Positions 26,490 to 38,137 of a stretch of 64,000 bases of DNA are shown here, in pieces. A program made the translations under genes and the position numbers. The notes beneath the pieces are model-generated. The model was not told the origin of the DNA. It saw nothing but the letters and a program-made list of their open reading frames with translations, and did not search any database. Numbering within the stretch: the first letter of the stretch is position 1; every line of letters starts with the position of its first letter. Source of the stretch: Lama glama (lineage: Eukaryota); NCBI GenBank assembly GCA_028534125.1, contig CM052817.1:12278001-12342000 (forward strand), written 5' to 3'.

Positions 26490-26770
26490 GAACTCCTTTC
26501 CTGACTTTCCCATTCTTATTAAATATCCAATTTCCCCAACTCCCAATGCATATAGCTACACAAAGATGACCTAAATAATAAATAATATTATTACTATCAC
26601 TTACTTAAGGTCAAATTTCCCTCACTGTAATTTAATTATTTCTTTTTCTTCTGTGTCTTATCCGTTAGACTGACTACGTGATCCTTGAAGGTGAGGTACA
26701 TATCCTGTTATCTTTTAAGTTGTATGGCATAACAATAAATTTGTTTAATCAATTAATAAATGAACAGAGT
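26490..26770 (+). mobile_element. L2 3' end
   Basis: ttagactgactacgtgatccttgaaggtgagg...aataaatttgtttaatcaattaataaatgaa. Confidence 0.55.
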
Positions 26771-26934
26771 GAGGAGTATTGTCTTAGTTTGGAGTCACAG
26801 TATCAAGGTTAATCTTACACTTACCTCTCTCTCACCACTGAGGCCAAATTTGACCCTGAATCTGATTGCTTGAGAACTTGGTATTTGATTCAGCACTTCT
26901 TTCTTCTATAAGCCTGAGTACTACTTTTTAAAAA

Positions 26935-27945
26935 ATTTAAGTCAATTTTTAAAAACAAATTCGAGTAATTTTAGATTTAGAATAAAGTACAAAATACAGC
27001 ATAGCAAAGTACAGATAGTTCCTATATACCCTCACAAAATTTTCTCTACAGCTAAGACTTTACGTTAACATGGCTCAGTGGTACATTTGCCAAGACTAAC
27101 GAACCAACAATGTGTCACTATTAACTAAACTATACAGCTTATAAGGGTTACACTATTTTCCCACTAATGTGTGTGTGTGTGTTTTTTTTAAGAGTCCTTT
27201 CCCCATTTTACATTTAGTTGTCAAGTCTTCTTACCCTTCTCTTGTTTTGAAGATTTTGACAGTTTTGAGGAGTGCCAATCAAGTATTCTGTAGAATGTCC
27301 TCAGTTTGGATTTGCATGATATTCTTCTCATAGTTAGCCTGGGTTTATGGGCTTTGAGAAGACCAGAGGGAAGTGCCATTCTTATCACATCATATCAAGG
27401 GTTCATACTATTAACACCTAACATGATCAGCTGCCTGAAGCAATCTTTGTAGAATGTCTTCACTATAAAGCCATTTTTATATCTACTTGCCATACATTAT
27501 TCATTTGAAGTAAGCCACTCAGTACAACCCACACTCAAAGTGTTGGGGGTTTTAAGTTTACTTCCTTGAGGGAGACTAACTACATGAACTGTTGGGAATT
27601 CTTCTATATGAAGGATTTGTCTGTTCTCCCACACTTATTTATTTATCAGTCATTTATTTACATCAGTATGGGTTTATGGAAATATTTTGGATTATAACCT
27701 AATAGTACATTATTTATCTTTTGGTCAAATTATTCTAGCTTTTGACAGCTGAAGCTCTTTCAGGTAGGTTCCTGTGTCTGTTTGACATGGTCTCGTCCTT
27801 CCTGATTACTTCCTCAATTTCTGGCAACACAAGATGCTCTAGATTAATTTTGTGTAATTCTTGACCCAGTCCTGGGGTCAATCATTTCTGTGGTTCCTTT
27901 TCTTGGAGAATAATATAAGAAACCAAAATCAAGGTTCTTGGGTAT
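26935..27945 (-). mobile_element. L1MC3/4-type 3'UTR
   Basis: aattttagatttag...gttcctatataccctcac...tttagttgtcaagtc...ttgacagttttgaggagt...tcacatcatatcaaggg. Confidence 0.8.
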
Positions 27946-29434
27946 TTTTCATGTTTTGTTTCCTGAGTTGGATAGCCAGCTGTGTCATTACAACATCAAT
28001 CTTCTTTCCACAGGATACATTTTTCCACTCCTCCCAGAACCGCCTTTATGCTTTGGCCTTTATATGTGATTTAATGGCACTAGTGTAGCCAAAAACTGAG
28101 CTAGATATCACATTAAAGCCTTATGTCTTGCCCTACACCACTGCCAATGCTGAGCCTTACCAATAAAGCGAGGCTGGCTTCCCCATTCTTGCCCATGTTT
28201 TCCTGAGTTTCACTCAGTTTTTTTTCTCTCAGTTCATTTATCTTTTCTGTAATTCCAACTTATGACTGAGTACCAACACCTTCAACTTAGAGCCCTTTTG
28301 TACAGTAACAAGCAATAAAATCATCCTTGTGGGGGCCTGGCTACAAGGTGAAGGTTTTTGGAAAGGATACACAGATAAAGTTATTCTGCAAACACAACCA
28401 TTAAGAAAGTCCTTACTGAGTGCTTTGACCAAATTTATAGGAATCGTAGACCTATACATTTTTTTTTTGTTTCTCTAGGTATGAGAAGGTCTCTGAATAA
28501 TAGTGTTTTAAAAGGCAGAAACAAAATTTGAAGCAGTAAATCGAAATAATAATAGGTTAGTTGGTAATGCTCTTAAACATTTTAGTTGATTTTTTATGTT
28601 AAAACTTCATATGAGTTATAATCAGCAGATTAAAAAAATTAAATAGCACCCAATAAGAATGATGCCCAATGGAAACTTCGTATTTATGCAAAGCTTACAT
28701 TATTCCCAACAGCCCCTTTCAGAAGTTTCATGAAGTGATAAAGGATACATCCAGTATTTTTGTGGATGACTGTCAAAACCAGGCCACTCTCAGTTGTCTA
28801 TGTTGGTTCACATATTTAGAAAATTAAAACTATCCTTTACCAAGAGATTATTTTCCTGGAATTCTTGAGAAGCTGCAGTGATTTAAACATTTTCAAAATC
28901 ACTCAAGACCTCCCCCCTTGAAGATATTTATTGGCCATCACTTTTTTCCAGAATTTTCTATTTTCTTTTCTGAAAGAGATATATTGGTTTTGCCCAAATC
29001 CAATCAACTTCAGTGGAAAGAAAGGTAACAATACACGTGTGACATGTACAATGGTTGTCTTACAGAAAAGTATATTTGAGTTAAGTACCATTGCTGAAAT
29101 TGGGTCAAAATGTTCAAAATTCAACAATCTAGTTTCTTATTTGATAAAACAGACATTTCAAATAATAGTTATAATTCAATTTCAGGAGAGAAAACCTTTA
29201 TTTGCTGGGTCATTGGTATTTTCCTTTTCCTCCCGGCTAACTGCAATGATGAATTTTTGTTACGTTTCAATAGATACATTTTACATAGTGCCTGAAGTGG
29301 CCCATGGGAAGAATGTACAGAAGAGAAAATACGATGGTGAAGTGAAGATTTTTATCTCTTACTGACTTGTATAGACATTTCTTACAAGGTTGGCTTGAAT
29401 ATGCATTAGTGAAAACTTCCTTCAACACCAGTAG

Positions 29435-29672
29435 AGAACAGTGGTTAGTACCATGAGTGCAGGTTCCAATTCAGGTTTCCAGTCTAGACTCCCTCACTTA
29501 CCAGCCCTGCTACTTTGGGCAAATTACTTAATCTCTCACCTGGCAAGTGGAAGCAATGCAAATGCAAGTAGCTTCGTAGGACTGCATTATCCTTTATAGG
29601 AGCTTAAATGCAAAGCATTGAGCACAGTGCCCAATACATAAGGAGTGTTCACTAATTGTTAGATGCTAATAT
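29435..29672 (+). mobile_element. MIR SINE
   Basis: cagtggttagtacc...cacttaccagc...tttgggcaaattacttaatctctc...gagcacagtgcc. Confidence 0.8.
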
Positions 29673-29700
29673 TTACTCCCACAAGAGTTCAGATGAGCGC

Positions 29701-30212
29701 TGTGATGGTTAATTTTATTTGCCAATTTTACTGGAGCACCAGGTGCCCAGATAGTTAGTCAAATGTTATTCTAGGTATCTCTATTTTTGGATGAGATTAA
29801 CATTTAAATAAGTAGACTGAGTGAAATAGATTGCTGTCCCCAGTGTGAGTGAGCCTCATCCAATCAGCTGAAAGCCTGGATAAGACAGAAAGCCTGACCC
29901 TCCCCTGAGTAAGAGAGAATTCTTTCTGCTTGGCTGCCTTGGAAATGGGACATCAGCAATTTTTAAATTTTTTCTTGCCTTTGGACTCTAACTAAAACAT
30001 CAGCTGTTCCTGGGCCTCTAGGCTGTCAGGCTTTGGATGAGAACCACACCATCCACTCTCCTGTGGTTCTCAGCCCTTTGGACTCACACTGAAACCACAC
30101 CATCATCTCTCCTGGGTCTCCAGCTTGCAGACTCACCCTGTCAATCTTGGGACTTGTCAGCCTCCATAATCACGTGAGCCAATTCATTATAATAAATCTC
30201 TTTCTATGTATA
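29701..30212 (+). mobile_element. MLT2B-type ERVL LTR, last few tens of bases missing
   Basis: tgtgatggttaatttta start; cctcatccaatcagctgaaagcctg; cagcctccataatcacgtgagccaattc...aataaatctc. Confidence 0.92.
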
Positions 30213-30289
30213 AATAAGGGTAAAATGGAGGGAAAAAAAAAGCTGAGATGTTAAAAAAGCCCAAGTGTGCTAATTTCTATGATGTTCTC

Positions 30290-30535
30290 TTCTGCTGTCA
30301 TTCTTCCATCCGATGTTGACCTGTCAGTGTCACACAGTCATTAAAGAGCTGCCAATGTGGGTGTAAATTTATAATTGGCGTAATCCTTATTGCTGACATG
30401 TCAATATTTAACTTGCATTAACCTTTCCTTTGAGGCTGACAAATTGTGCATCTGTGGCTTGTTCAGTCTAATTTTTCATGCCATTGCCTTGCAAAGCATA
30501 CAGATTTATAATGTCACTGTGTGATGGATGCAAGT
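30290..30535. promoter_or_regulatory. Candidate enhancer rich in TALE/Hox motifs
   Basis: Seven TGACA/TGTCA sites, TGATGGAT 30522-30529, TAATTG 30372-30377, TAATCC 30381-30386 in non-repeat DNA; motif evidence only. Confidence 0.4.
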
Positions 30536-32249
30536 CCCTCCTCTGCTTTGGAGAAGGGTTTCAACCCACTTAGATTATCCATCGGTTTATTTATTTATTT
30601 TCGGTTCCACCCACTCCCTATTTTTACAGGCTTTCGGTGAATTTACCTCCCCAAGGCCCATATTTTGAGGACGAATGGAAGGGTACCCCTGTCAGAATCA
30701 TTAATGTGCTGCTGCTAAGGCCCCTACACATTGTTCTGGCCTGTCTCACACAGAGCAGCCTTCATCTATGTGTGCATGTTGTCACTAAGAATTTGTTGAC
30801 AGAAAATGGAGACGGGTGAAAGAAATTAGGTCAGAATAGGGTGTGGGATGCAAAGTGACATTTGACATTCTTGTCAATTTTACCTAATCTGCAAGAACAG
30901 ATTGGTCAGGGTTATAATTTCCTTAGGATGTGGACAGCTGAGACTTAAACTCAGTAATTTCTATGTCTTTTTTTTTTTAACTTTAGAGTTGTTCCCTTCC
31001 CCCACTTCCCACTCGCTTTGGATACAAAAGGTGGACAAGTATCCAGGAATTCTTATTTGAGACTCTTAGACCTGAATGCTAGGGATTGGGACTAAAGGAG
31101 TTTTGGAGGGCTGAGTCATCCCAAAGATGTTGAAAGACATCTTTGTGTAAGGATAAGAAGAATGACTTGCTAACAAACATTTCCTCCAAGTTTCACAATG
31201 CTTTATAAATGCTAAGCCACTCTCTCCACTTCACTGGAATGTTTTAGAACAATGAAATTTATCCCACCTACCCCTAGCAAGTCCAGTACATTGATTTAAA
31301 ACTATCTAAGGTAAAGCTGAGATACACTGGATCTTATCTTTAGAGATGGATAGTTACTTTAATTTACATTTTATAGAAAGTTTGAAAAAAACCCAAAGAA
31401 ACTGACACTGAAATTTTATCTCAGTTCAGCAAGGTATTATTTATGTGCGTGCTATTAAAACGTAGCAGTCATTGTTCCATTTCTTGGATCTTAAATTCTC
31501 ACATATTTAGAATGTCTTGAATGATTTATGGAAATTAAAAATAGTTAATATATGTGTTTGGAATAACACTGTATCTAATTCATTAGTTATATACCTGGCT
31601 CTTTCTTGGTCCTAAACACCCCAAAGTAAAACTGATATTATGTTCTTCAATTATTGCTAAAAATGATGTTTTTCTACCTCTTAATTTCCAAGCAACACAT
31701 ATTATCATAATAAATTCAAAGACTCAAAAAGTGGTCTCAGATTAATCTTTGTCAAGGCTAAGACAGTGTTGACAGACAGAGGTACAGTTAGGTTTTTTAT
31801 CATAATGAATCATGATAAATCTGTTGACCAGAGAAAGCCATTCCAAACAAGCAAGCAAACAAATAAACAAATTCGAGCTAGATTATGTTTTAATCACTTC
31901 CCTTAACTATAAAAATCTGCTCTTCAAACACTAACACTAGTGTCTATAGAAGCCTAATATATAAAATAGGTAAAAACGGAAAATCTTTATCTGAAGTAAG
32001 GACTGTGTTTTAAAACCCAACTCATAAACAAACACTTTTTCTAACCAAGTTCCTCCATATAGCCTTTATATCATGCAGAATTTAAAAACTCCAAATTTCA
32101 TTCAACTCTTAGTTTTCAAGAGAGAAAATTACAATTAGAGAATATTGAGTTGCCTGATGTCAGACTTTAACCAGCAGAAATCTGATCTAACTTATAAGTC
32201 CATTAATAGTTTCAGTAGAACAGGTCAGGAGACTTCCATGCTGTCACAG

Positions 32250-32920
32250 GTTCATTTATCTATTCAACCTAAAATTTAATATTCATTTTTTTATGCATTA
32301 GACACTATTTCAGGGGCCAAGGATACAAAATTTTTCAATATAAAATTCTTATCTTCATAAAGTTTACATTTTATTGAAAGAAACAGGCAATAAATACATG
32401 TCACTATGCAATATAATGTTACTGCTTTATAAAATAAAGTGAGAAAATGGAAAAGGTAACAGGAGATATAATTTTTGGTGAAGTTGCAAGAGAAGGACTT
32501 CCAGAAGCAAGAGTATTTGATCAGAAACCAGAATGGGATGGGGGAGTGCATTGTGAGGGAGAATATTTAAGGCATAATAAATAGCTCATATAAATGTCCT
32601 GAGTTTGGTGTGGTTTTGGCACCTTAAGAGCAGCCAAAAGTACAGAGGGTCTAGAATGCAGTGAATCAGGGGTGAGGGGGAAGGAAGAGATTAGGTTGGA
32701 GAGGGAGCTCTGAAGGCCATGGAGATCACTTCAGATTGATTTGAGTCTGTTGGGATACCATTTGATGGTTTGGACTGAGCACATGACATGTGACTTTCAA
32801 TTTCATTCTTTCATCATGTAGCTGTCCAGTTTTCCCAGCTCCTCTTTCTGAAGAGGCTATCTTTTCTCCATTGTATCTCTCTCTGTTGGATGAAGGATGA
32901 ACTACAGGGAGGTGAAATCA
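32250..32920 (-). mobile_element. L2 3' region
   Basis: ttcatttatctattcaac...gacactatttcagggg...ctagaatgcagtgaatcagggg...gaaggccatgg. Confidence 0.75.
32796..32876 (-). mobile_element. About 80-bp internal L1 ORF2 fragment inside the L2
   Basis: aatttcattcttt...catgtagctgtccagttttcccagc...tgaagaggctatcttttctccattgtat matches antisense artiodactyl L1 ORF2. Confidence 0.8.
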
Positions 32921-34095
32921 GTAATGCTTATCTGTACTAACAAAGAATAATGCCAAGTTTTTCTTTAATGTTGTGTAATATCATCTCCCTAAAGGCTTTC
33001 TGCACCGTTAATTGAATTTTTACAATTGTTCTGAGACATAGGTAAACACATAGCATTAATTCCATTTAACAGATTGGAAGTTGGGCTTGTAAAGGAGGAC
33101 ATCAGGTACTCATATTTCAAGAATGGTGCTTTATCAACCACAAAATAATGAATGTTTTACACTGATGGATTGGAAATTTGGAAGCAAGTAGGAGAGAGAA
33201 TGTGCTTCTACTTAGAAGAGAAAGTGAAGACCAGCAGCTTTTTAATTCAATCAATACTTATTTATTATATATTATGTGCCAGGCACTGCATTAGACACTG
33301 GGGATACAGAGGTGGAAAAAGTCAATTCCTGCACTGACGAAGTCGGCTCCAGGATATAATAATAACCTTTAGTCTTTTATTCGTCACTATGCTAACCAAT
33401 TTAGAAGTAGCGCATGCTTTAATCTCCCTAATAATAGTATGCTATGAATATAATTACAATCAGCATTTCACACATAATTAAATTAAAGAGCAGAAAGACT
33501 AAACAGCGTATACAAGGTCACTCAGTGTGCAATTTGTAAGCTTAAATTGGATTCAAGCCCCAGTTTAACTCCAAAGTCTGTTCTTTAAACTCTATGCTAC
33601 TTCGACTCTTTTAACATTCTACATGTTTAAATGCTTCTTGCATTCTTCCCTCGGTTTTTGTATCTCTTTTCTTATTTTTTGCTTATCTTGGCATGTGATT
33701 GGTGATACCGACCAAATGAGTTGGTGGATATAGAACTTCAATGGCCTTGAGCTGGTGTAGGTAAATGGGATCCAGAGTACTGCACAATACTGAGCTGTCA
33801 TTAAAACCAAAATCATATACACACATGCACATGTATTGCCAATAGCACTGAACCCATCTAAGTCTTTAGTTTTTCTTCAATTTCTTGGGAAATCCCTTTA
33901 ACAATCTCCTGTTACTGTTTCTCCAAAAGTTTTAGACAACCTGAGAGTAACATCAGCTTCCCAATTCTCTAGATTTCCCAAGTACACAGAAGATCAACTA
34001 ATTATATGCTGGCAGGACAAAATAAACTTCAAACTTAGTTAAAGGCTCCATAATTCAGAATATATCTCTTCCTTTCCAACCTGAATTTACTGAAT

Positions 34096-35074
34096 AATGA
34101 CCCATGAATTAGAACTCCAGGTGATTAGTGTTATTACTAAATATTTTAAATTTTATAAAACTCTTGGGAGACAAACATTTAAGAACATGGACTATGAACC
34201 TGAGTTTAAATGTCCGGCACACTGCTTACTAGCTGTGTCTATAGAAAGTAAATAATTTAACTTTTCTATACTTCAGTTTTCTTATTAGTCAATAAAGATA
34301 ATAATAGTGCCTACCTTACAAAGTTGTTTCGAGAAATGAGTGAGTTAATAAAATGAAATAGTAAGTGCCATATACATGACTACTATTATTTAATCTCAAA
34401 CTTCAAAAGGTCTCTGTTAAGAAATCAATAGATGTTTTGATCATAGAAGGTTTTTTGACTAATGAAAATAACCACCATTTTGTACTTCATAGGTCAGAAC
34501 ATCTTTTCTGTAAAGGGCCATAGCGTATTTCAGGCTTTGCAGACTGTACTCAACTCTGCTGTTGTAGCATGATGCAGCGACAGGCAATACATAAAAAAAA
34601 AAAAAAAAAAAAAAAGGATGTGGCTGTGCTCAACGAAACTATTTACAAAGACAGGTGGACGAGGTTTGCCAGCTCCTAGAGTATATAAATTTGCTAGGTG
34701 CTCTACCAGGTACATTATATATTTTACTACATTTAACTTTCAAAACAACATAATAAAGAAGGTGTTCTTATTATCTTCATGTATATACACGAAAAAAATA
34801 TCACCAGAAAAATAAAGTGTCTTCAGTCAAAGTTTTAGTATGTGCTCAAGGCAGCTTCAAACTCTGGTTTTTGTGTCTGTTAAGCCAAGCTCTAGACCAT
34901 TCAGTCAATTATCTCCTCAAGTGGTAAAATATTATAACTTGATAGCTTATCTAGAGTTGATTGATCATTTTAGCACTAAGAAAACAGTTAGCTGAAGGAA
35001 GGGAGCACTGAAGTAGTATGTGTTGATGTGGAGAAGAATGACCCATGAATTAGAACTCCAGGTGATTAGTGTTA
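34096..35074 (+). repeat. Perfect 38-bp spaced direct repeat (34096-34133 and 35037-35074)
   Basis: AATGACCCATGAATTAGAACTCCAGGTGATTAGTGTTA read identically at both sites. Confidence 0.95.
34490..34679 (+). mobile_element. MER58A MITE containing an A23 run (34593-34615)
   Basis: tttctgtaaagggcca...tactcaactctgctgttgtagc...gtggctgtgctc...aaactatttacaaa. Confidence 0.85.
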
Positions 35075-35704
35075 CTGTTGCCAATAATATTGAGACGATT
35101 GTTTGATATTTCACTGAAATGAATACTGATTAGCCCCATAATCAGCTAAGCAGAAAATATTGACTAAAAATGGAAATTTTCTACATTTATCTCCATCTGT
35201 AAAGTGGGCTAGTATAAAGTAGATAAGTAAACTTCTTTTCATTAGACATAGCTCGAAATCCTGAGACTGTAACAGGGAGCTACATTTAAAAGTTTATAGA
35301 GGAGAAAGTTAATAGAGGATAAAAGCAATAAAAGGTACACAAAATAATGTATACTCTGTTTTATGCGATACATCCTATTAAGGGAAATGAAGTGGCATGA
35401 AAGTGATGGAGAGTAGACAGAACACTGCTATTTGATACAGAATGGTCAGGAAAGTCCTATCTAAAAGAGGGCACTGTGGGAAAATCTGGAAGAAATGAAG
35501 CACCAAGCCATACAGACATGCTGGGCAGGAGTACTGTGGGCAGAGGGAACAGCAAACACAGAAATACTACAGTAAAACTGTGTTCAGAACGTTCTCAGAC
35601 CAGCAAGGTGGTCAAAGAGAGAGGATAGTGAGGGAGTCAGAGACATAGCAGAGATCAGAAATTTGTAAGCAAGACAACAAGGTGTGACATATTGTGATTT
35701 AAGT

Positions 35705-35935
35705 GAAAAAAGAAGGAAGGAGAGAAAGAGAGAGATAAAGAAAGAGAGAGAGAAAGAAAGAAAGGAAGGAAAAAAGGAAGGAAGGAAGAGAGGAAGAGAA
35801 AGAAGGAAGGAAAATAGGAAGAGAAAGAAGGAAGGAAAAGAGAGAGAAAAGAGAAAGAGAGAAAAAGGAAGGAAGGAGGGAAGGAAGGAAAGAGAGAAAG
35901 AGAGAAAGAGAAAAAAGAAAGGAAGGGAAAGAGAA
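35705..35935. repeat. (GAAA/GGAA/GA)n polypurine tract, about 230 bp
   Basis: Nearly pure purines. Confidence 0.97.
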
Positions 35936-36605
35936 TGGATGAATGATTGAATGAAATTCTTGCTATTGTGGGGAGGAGAATAATGGGGCAGAGCAAAGCT
36001 GGAAGCCAGAGAACCAAAGCACTTAGAAGAACGGAAGTTCTATTTATGGAAGATCAGTGAGGAGCAAGTATGGGGTAGGGAGAATTTTAAATTTCAGATG
36101 CACATTACATATTCAAGTATCCATATTATATACTATTGGATGTGAGTATGGAATTCTAGATTTGTGGAGATGTGAGCATGCTTTCCTTTTGGAGCTATTA
36201 GATAGGATGAGATTACCAACTATGTAAGTGACACAAAAATAAGCCCAAGGACCAAGCCTGGAGGCAGAGGATGGCGCTCATGTTTGGAGGTCATTCTCCA
36301 GTTCCTTGGGAAAGAAACCAGCTAAAACTGAACAGGAGACATAAGGGATATAAGATTAGCAGAGTGAGTGCCTAAAAGCAACATGTGTACAGTATTTCAA
36401 AGAGGATAGACTATTCAAATATGTCCAATATCACTAAGCCAAGTGAAATAAGAACTGAGAAATGACTATTAAATTTAGCAAACTAAGGTCATTGATAACT
36501 GGCAAAAGAAATTATGGTGGATGTGGTGGGAGGTAGAACGTCCTTGGCTTAAGAAAGAATGGGAAGAGAGGATATGAAGGCAGGACATAGAAACTGCAGA
36601 CTTGA

Positions 36606-36896
36606 TTTTTTTATTTTTTTATTTTTATTTTTTGGCAGTTACAGCAAGCTTATTGTTGGCAATGGAGCACTGTGACTGTGCCCCCTCTCCAAGGGGGCAC
36701 AGGCAGTGCTACGAGGAAAGTGGTGGTGGCAGGTACGAGGAGGCTCTGAGGTAGAGGCCTGGTCTCCTGGGGCCTGTGTTTCCATCCTTTCTCTTTGGGT
36801 CCAAGAAACATTGTCTACCTGGGCATGGATCATTCTAAGATGGATTATGGCTGGGTATGCCCTGAGAAGGAGAGGAGGGTGACAAATATGTATATG
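36606..36896 (-). pseudogene. Probable 5'-truncated processed retrocopy, parent unidentified
   Basis: T-rich tail 36606-36633; AATAAG on minus strand (36654-36649) 15 nt before the tail; GC-rich non-repeat body; degenerate TSD GCAGACTTGAT 36596-36606 vs GCAGTTGAT 36897-36905. Confidence 0.65.
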
Positions 36897-37919
36897 GCAG
36901 TTGATCTAAAGAGATTTAGAGATTGGGTGTCAGAGAAGAATTTTTTTTAAGAAGGTGTACTGGTGTTATACGAGATATGAGTGATCCAGTAGATAGGGAG
37001 ATGTTATGATGCAATAAACGGAGGGGCAATTTCAAGAGTGATTCCTTGAGTAGGGTGCAACACAAAGGTAAATGATTTGCCTTTAGGAGTACAGTGAGTT
37101 CATCCATCAGAATAGGAGGGAGGTCAAAGCAATGGGCCAAACTGGTAGCTTTATCATAGGAGTCTATGCAGGTCCTCTTCGAATTTCTTGTTTTCTGAAT
37201 TAAGAGGCAGTCAAAACTGAGGAGAGTGCAAGTGTTTGGAAGATTAGAGATTCATACCTTCTTGAAACATAGGAGACTGAAGGACAAGGAAATTAATCAG
37301 TACTAAAGGGTTACATCCTTCGAATAGTCATGGATGTAAAATGAGGTATATTAGTATACATATGTGTCTCTCTCTAATCACATTCAGCTGCTCCTATGCT
37401 GATGTTGACTGAGGAGAAGACCTGGATTTTAATAAGAGTTAGGGCCTCATCAGATGAATAAAAGAGGGGAGGTGATATGAAAAGTCTTGCTTTTAATGAC
37501 GAATTCTGAAGGGAGAAGTAAAAGAGATAAAGGACCTAAGGGACAATGAGAAAGTAGATTGGTAATCTCAAGTGAGAATAGAAAGCAGTGGAGACAAATA
37601 AGCCAGAGGAAGAGAAATGAAATTAAAAGATGTGATAGCTGAAGAATAAAATAAAATAAAATTTAAGTACTGAGAGATGAAAATTACTGGTAATAACACA
37701 TGGGTTATGAGCATGAGAATGAGTGAGTATACCGCTTATAGTCCTCAAAGCATGCAGCATTTCACAATCTTGATAGAATTTCAAGCTCTGTAAGGATTTG
37801 TTGGGTAGTTTTTCTCTTTTTCTTTTTTTTTTAAGTGTTTTTTTTTTTGGCAGAGTGTTTTCCAAGAATTTTTAATATTTCATTATAAAAATTGTCACTT
37901 TTCTGATCAGTCAAGAGAT

Positions 37920-38137
37920 TAATTGTTCAATATTGTGGTCACTGGCAACAGGTGGCTACTTAAATTTAAGTTTTAATTAATTAAAATTAAATACAACTTA
38001 AAATTCATTTCCTCAGTCTCATTAACCACATTTGAAGTTCTCCAGAACCATATGTGGCTAATCACTATTCTTTTGGACGATGCAAATAAGAACGATTTCC
38101 ATTATCACAGAAAGTTCTATTGAATGATGTTATTCTA
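37920..38137. mobile_element. MER3/MER33-like hAT MITE
   Basis: gtggctacttaaattt...aattaaaattaaatacaacttaaaattc...ccacatttgaagt...atttccattatcacagaaagttctattg. Confidence 0.85.

Larger units (their letters stand above)
35330..37600 (-). mobile_element. Long degraded L2, interrupted by a purine repeat and a retrocopy
   Basis: atggtcaggaaagtcc, gggcagagggaacagcaaa, ggatgagattacc, aagaactgagaaatgactattaaatttagcaa. Confidence 0.7.

Noticed and set aside
28931..29365. 144-aa ORF, and nearby FVDD/GCIL-like translations near 28700-28800
   Set aside because: TTG start, composition typical of AT-rich noise, no recognisable domain; the RT-like words are isolated and on opposite strands
30042..30115. 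Repeated aaccacaccatc...ctctcctg
   Set aside because: Internal repeat intrinsic to MLT2B LTRs
34096..35074. 38-bp repeat as a CRISPR repeat or TSD
   Set aside because: Only two copies with a 903-bp spacer of mammalian repeats; no array, no cas genes, no single enclosed element
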